Program-made: the position numbers and the translations under genes
Shown here: positions 59,877 to 64,000 of the stretch, piece by piece
Layout: each line of letters begins with the position of its first letter
Numbering within the stretch: the stretch's first letter is position 1
Assembly (NCBI GenBank): GCA_963850595.1
Contig: CAWKLS010000002.1
Span: forward strand, 903,711-967,710
Source of the DNA: an uncultured Alphaproteobacteria bacterium
Lineage (GTDB): Bacteria > Pseudomonadota > Alphaproteobacteria > Acetobacterales > Acetobacteraceae
Reading direction: 5' to 3'
Length of the DNA: 64,000 bases
Notes under the pieces: model-generated
Database searches by the model: none
What the model was told of the DNA's origin: nothing
Seen by the model: the letters and a program-made list of their open reading frames with translations, nothing else

Positions 59877-60108
59877 GCTAAGCCAACAGGTTGAAAATTG
59901 GCCGCTTTATACGTAAGTCCTCTCACGCCGATGTGTGGTATATCTGCTTAGCTGGCTGTGGCGCTTCTGCCACATCCCCCGGCAAAGTGCCGCAACCTGC
60001 TCGCACTGGCGACCATAAGTGTTATGATCTGAATACCGAGTGGCGGGGAACAATCCCGCAGGCCCCCGGATGCGTTGAATGCGCAGTTTGTAATCGAGGA
60101 GAGAAAGT

Positions 60109-61279
60109 ATGAAGCTCCGCAGCGCGCTACTGGCCGCGACCGTTCTGGCCGCCCCCATAGCTGCAAAGGCCGAGGCTATCAGTGGCCTATATATCGGCGC
60201 CGGCGCCGGCGCCAACTGGCTGCAAGAGGAGAAGGTGAAGTCTGTCGGCTTTCCGCAGGCCGGCATTGCCCAGACCAACTTGGACAGGCGTGGATTGACC
60301 AGCACCAAGGTGCGGTCGGACGTTGGTCCCATCGGAGTTGTCAGCGTCGGCTACGGCCTGGGTAACGGGCTTCGGCTCGAGATCGAGGGCAACTACCGGT
60401 CGAACCCGTTCAAGCGCCTGAGCGGCGGCGGGCTCGCTGGCTTCAACAGCGCCCGTGGCGACGAGCGTAAGTATGGCGGGATGCTGAACGTCCTGTATGA
60501 TTTCGATCCGAACGTGCTCGGCCTCGGCTTCTTCCCGGCCGCGATCAGCCCGTATGTCGGCCTCGGCGCCGGCTACGTGTGGGCGCAGCAGCAGAACACC
60601 AGCTTCACCGGCAATATTGGTCCGACGGCTGGCTTCCCGGTCGGTGGCCGTGAGATTGCACGCACCAACGCGGGTCAGGGCGCCTTCGCCTACCAGGCCA
60701 TCGTCGGCGCGGCGTTCCCGATCGAGTTCGGTGCCGGGCCTCGCCATCACGGCCGAGTATCGCTTCCTCGGCCTTGAGGGCGATCGCACCTATAACTACC
60801 AGTATTTCGCACCTGGGGTCGCTACCCGCGCGACCATCAAGTTCAACGAAGAGTATAACCACAGCGCGATGATCGGCGTCCGTTACGCCTTCAACGCCGC
60901 ACCGCCGCCGCCGCCGCCCGCGCCGATCGCCACCCCGGCTCGTGAGGCAGCTCGCACCTACCTCGTGTTCTTCGACTGGGATCGTGCGGACCTGACCGAT
61001 CGTGCGCGTCAGATCATCGCCGAGGCTGCACAGGCCACCACCCGCGTGCAGGTTACCCGCATCGAGGTGTCCGGCCACACCGACTCGTCGGGCACGGCGC
61101 GCTACAACCAGGGCCTGTCGGTCCGTCGCGCGCAGAACGTCGCGTCTGAGCTCGTGCGCTTGGGCGTGCCGCGGCAGTCCATCACGGTCCAAGGCTTCGG
61201 TGAGACCCGTCCGCTGGTGCAGACCGCCAACGGTGTGCGTGAGCCGCAGAACCGCCGCGTCGAGATCGTGCTGCGCTAA
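60109..61279 (+). pseudogene. OmpA-family outer-membrane protein (beta-barrel, Pro-rich linker, OmpA-like C-terminal domain), paralog 1, frame broken near 60730
   Basis: The N-terminal part (ORF 60109..60777) runs to AFAYQAIVGAAFPIEF. The continuation VPGLAITAEYRFLGL...NRRVEIVLR lies in the frame of ORF 60497..61279. The junction is TTC G GTG CCG. The intact paralog downstream has the colinear FAYQAIAGLSFPVPPVVGLSLTAEYRYYAL. Confidence 0.85.
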
Positions 61280-61321
61280 CCGGCCCAGACCATCGTTAAG
61301 GTTGGCTATCGCTAAGGTTGG

Positions 61322-61354
61322 GGCCGGTCCACGTTTGGACCGGCCTTTTCTGTT
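61322..61354 (+). terminator. Rho-independent terminator after OmpA-like paralog 1
   Basis: The stem ggccggtcca / tggaccggcc (10 bp) has the loop cgtt and is followed by ttttctgtt. Confidence 0.8.
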
Positions 61355-61372
61355 GCAGGAGACCTAGACACC

Positions 61373-62470
61373 ATGCGCCTGACCCTGATGGCCGCCACGC
61401 TGCTCGCCACGATGTCCTGGTTTCACGGCACGGCGCAGGCCCAGCCGGTCAGCGGCGTCTATATCGGTGCCGGCGGTGGCGCCAACTTCCTGCAGGACGA
61501 GCGCATCAAGAGCATCCGCGGCCCTCGCGGCACCACACCGTCCAATGCGCGCGCTGTCTTCCAAACCGGAGTTGTGGGCCTGGGCAGCCTTGGATATGGT
61601 TTTGGCAATGGAGTCCGCGTCGAGCTGGAGGGCAACTACCGCTACAACCGGCCCGACTCGTTTCGCAACGCCGGCGCCGGCATAAGATCGATCGGCGGGC
61701 GTGAGCAGAAATACGGTCCGATGGCCAATGTCCTGTTCGACCTCGATATCGGCAGCCCGTATATCTTTCCCTATATTGGCGCCGGCGCGGGTTATAGCTG
61801 GGTCGCGCACCGCCTCCGGGTCGTGAGCACGTCCGGCATCCTGAATGACCAGGGCGGCACCGACGGCAGCTTTGCCTATCAGGCCATCGCCGGACTTTCC
61901 TTTCCCGTGCCGCCGGTGGTCGGCCTCTCGCTCACCGCCGAATACCGCTACTACGCGCTGACCGGCGAGCGCGGTTTTGGCCGGACGATCTCCGGGCCCG
62001 GTGGCTCACTCAGCAGCCAGGTCCGCACGGCGGCGAACGATAATCACAGCCTGCTGGTCGGGTTGCGCTACGCCTTCAACGTTGCCCCGCCCCCGGCGCC
62101 AGAGGCCGCCTCAACGCCGGCGCCCGCGGTTCAGCAGGCAGCGCGCAACTACCTGGTGTTTTTCGACTGGGATCGCGCCGGACTGACCGACCGCGCCCGG
62201 CAGATCGTGGCCGAGGCCGCCGCCGCCAGCACCCGAGTCCAGGTGACCCGGATCGAGGTGGCTGGCCACGCCGACCGCTCAGGGCCGGATCGCTACAACT
62301 TGGCTTTGTCGATCCGGCGCGCCCGGGCGGTGGCGGATGAACTGGTGCGCCAGGGTGTGCCGAGCGGGTCGATCACGACCCAAGGCTTCGGCGAACGCCA
62401 GCCCTTGGTGCAGACCGCCGATGGCGTGCGCGAGCCGCATAACCGCCGGGTCGAGATCGTCCTGCGCTGA
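61373..62470 (+). CDS. OmpA-family outer-membrane protein, paralog 2 (intact)
   Basis: The 365-aa protein has the signal MRLTLMAATLLATMSWFHGTAQA and barrel strands ending with aromatic residues. The linker is APPPAPEA, and the C-terminus carries IEVAGHADRSG...NLALSIRRARAV...NRRVEIVLR. Confidence 0.9.
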   Translation: MRLTLMAATLLATMSWFHGTAQAQPVSGVYIGAGGGANFLQDERIKSIRGPRGTTPSNARAVFQTGVVGLGSLGYGFGNGVRVELEGNYRYNRPDSFRNAGAGIRSIGGREQKYGPMANVLFDLDIGSPYIFPYIGAGAGYSWVAHRLRVVSTSGILNDQGGTDGSFAYQAIAGLSFPVPPVVGLSLTAEYRYYALTGERGFGRTISGPGGSLSSQVRTAANDNHSLLVGLRYAFNVAPPPAPEAASTPAPAVQQAARNYLVFFDWDRAGLTDRARQIVAEAAAASTRVQVTRIEVAGHADRSGPDRYNLALSIRRARAVADELVRQGVPSGSITTQGFGERQPLVQTADGVREPHNRRVEIVLR

Positions 62471-62500
62471 GCGGCCAGCAGACCGCCTCGCGTACCTGAA

Positions 62501-62995
62501 TCAGGAGCGGCGACGCGTCCGGGAGCGCGTGGCCGGCGCGGCGGCCGTGCCGCACTCGGACATTGGGATCGGCTGCATAACCGACTTGCCCGCGGCATAG
62601 TCCGTCAGCTCGGCGCTGCTGCGCAGCGCCATCACTTCATCAAACACTCCGAGGTTGTACTGGCAGTATAGCGTTCCTTGGCGCAGGCCGGTTGACGACT
62701 GGCTGTTGGAGAGTTGCGTCATGTAGTCGTCCTGCTGCTGACGCGCCCGGCGGCTGTTCGCGCGGGAGAAATAGTTGCTCAGTGCCTTGTTCTGCGATGC
62801 CAGCTCGGGCCGGTATTTCATCACGAACGCATCGTATTTGTCCCGGGCGTCGCAGGTCAGCGCGGTGACCATCAGCTTGTTCTGCAGCGCTGTGATGTCG
62901 AATGCGGGATAGTCGCCGGGCCGTACGCATTGTGCGGTCGCGACATTGCTGGTCAGCAACCCAACGGCCACCAGCCCAGAGACAAGCATGCGCAT
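62501..62995 (-). CDS. Secreted hypothetical protein
   Basis: The signal peptide is MRMLVSGLVAVGLLTSNVATAQ. The mature part has four Cys and is Gln/Ser/Asn-rich. I recognise no family. Confidence 0.55.
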   Translation of the reverse strand: MRMLVSGLVAVGLLTSNVATAQCVRPGDYPAFDITALQNKLMVTALTCDARDKYDAFVMKYRPELASQNKALSNYFSRANSRRARQQQDDYMTQLSNSQSSTGLRQGTLYCQYNLGVFDEVMALRSSAELTDYAAGKSVMQPIPMSECGTAAAPATRSRTRRRS

Positions 62996-63250
62996 AATTG
63001 ACACCCTTCGAACCACTTGGACGTAAATCGCGTGACGGACGCTCGCGAGCATGACGCGATGGATGAGGTAAACCGTCTATTCCGCAGGTATGCAACAAAG
63101 ATTTGCAACGGACCTCCCCTATCCGCAGCCTGTTGCAGGAAGGGCGCAGTTGCAGTCACATTGCGCTATGGTTGCAGAGAGGCATGCTCTGTGCATAACC
63201 CCGTGCGACGACGACACCTCAGCCGCATCCCATGAAAGCCACACCACCGA

Positions 63251-64000
63251 ATGCAGCCGAACCGCGCCAACCCTTTTTCTTCATATGATCCCGGCGCTTA
63301 TTACTGCGAGCTCACCGCCCGCGCCGGCGATGGCGGCTCGGCGGCGCTGGTGCGGAGGCGGATCACCTCAATCGGCCTCGACGCCCTTCGGTTGCGGGCC
63401 CGGGCGGCCGAGCGGGACCTGTTCAACCTCGGCATCACCTTCACCGTCTATTCCGATGCGTCCGCCATCGACCGCATCCTGCCGTTCGACTGCGTGCCCC
63501 GCATCATCGCTGCCAAGGAGTGGGCCGTCCTGGAGCGTGGCGTCGCCCAGCGGGTCCGCGCGCTGAACTTGTTCCTGGCCGACATCTACAATGCCCGCCA
63601 CATCACCCGTGACGGCGTGATCCCAGCGCAGCTGGTTTACGGCAACGCCAATTACCGGCCGGAGATGGAGGGCTTCCCCGTCCGCTTCGGCACCTACGTC
63701 CACATCTGCGGCATCGACCTTGTGCGCGACGAACGTGGCGCGTTCTCGGTGCTGGAGGACAACGCCCGCACCCCATCCGGCGTGTCCTACGTCGTCGAGA
63801 ACAGGCATCTGATGATGCGCGCCTTCCCGGACCTCGTCGCCGGCATGAAGTTGCGCCCGGTCGATGACTATGGCCGCCGACTGCGCAACGCCATGGACGA
63901 GATCGCGCCCGAGGGCATCGACAACCCGCAGGTCGTTCTGCTGTCGCCCGGCATCTACAACTCCGCCTATTTCGAGCACGTCTTCCTTGCCCGCGAGATG
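63251..64000 (+). CDS. Circularly permuted type-2 ATP-grasp protein (DUF404/DUF407-like). The 3' end runs off the window.
   Basis: It is absent from the ORF track because no stop lies in the window. My own translation from ATG 63251 reads MQPNRANPFSSYDPGAYYCEL...LGITFTVYSDASAIDRILPFDCVPRIIAAKEW...LNLFLADIYN...YRPEM...DLVRDERGAFSVLEDNARTPSGVSYVVENR...VVLLSPGIYNSAYFEHVFLAREM. Confidence 0.8.
   Translation, partial: MQPNRANPFSSYDPGAYYCELTARAGDGGSAALVRRRITSIGLDALRLRARAAERDLFNLGITFTVYSDASAIDRILPFDCVPRIIAAKEWAVLERGVAQRVRALNLFLADIYNARHITRDGVIPAQLVYGNANYRPEMEGFPVRFGTYVHICGIDLVRDERGAFSVLEDNARTPSGVSYVVENRHLMMRAFPDLVAGMKLRPVDDYGRRLRNAMDEIAPEGIDNPQVVLLSPGIYNSAYFEHVFLAREM

Noticed and set aside
63090-63979. 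Track ORFs 63090-63566 (+) and 63368-63979 (-).
   Set aside because: Both overlap, out of frame or antisense, the clearly recognisable circularly permuted ATP-grasp gene that starts at 63251. Their translations are low-complexity.

Overview
This is a 64-kb, visibly very G+C-rich chromosomal segment in which real genes carry G/C at most third codon positions. Gene content and synteny look alphaproteobacterial, possibly Rhodospirillales/Acetobacteraceae-like; this is inference only. The supporting blocks are MoxR-DUF58-BatA/DUF4159, DUF1285-NUDIX-cca, petABC, maf/RNase-G-like/yacG, infA, hisDG, murA and dcd. I support about 72 protein-coding genes and 2 tRNAs (Phe-GAA, Thr-GGU). I saw no rRNA, CRISPR array, transposase, integrase or phage genes.

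Most of the window is housekeeping or core metabolism:
- respiration (bc1 complex) and heme synthesis (hemF)
- histidine synthesis, murA, trxB, prpE
- the GDP-mannose to GDP-deoxyhexose genes
- an ABC importer
- a flagellar stator pair
- two tandem OmpA-like outer-membrane genes

I cannot claim a clearly novel system from sequence alone. The items most worth a second look are:
1. A tightly coupled pair of domain-less genes (335 and 402 codons), plus a compositionally odd 163-codon gene, downstream of an AlkA-like glycosylase (23.9-27.5 kb).
2. A roughly 0.8-kb low-G+C islet carrying one orphan 201-codon ORF, bracketed by a 9-bp direct repeat (55.0-55.8 kb). Next to it is a DUF429-like gene with no canonical start codon.
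3. A divergent pair made of an unknown protein and a redoxin/2OG-Fe(II)-oxygenase fusion (47.1-49.1 kb).
4. Three otherwise conserved genes (cca, a class A acid phosphatase, one OmpA-like paralog), each broken by an apparent single-nucleotide insertion.
5. Several short tandem repeat arrays: 23 bp x5 intergenic, 18 bp x3 in a signal peptide, 17 bp x2 over a start codon, and Pro/Ala/Thr repeats in a secreted helix-hairpin-helix protein.

Many long ORFs in the supplied track are antisense artefacts of the high G+C content, and I rejected them.
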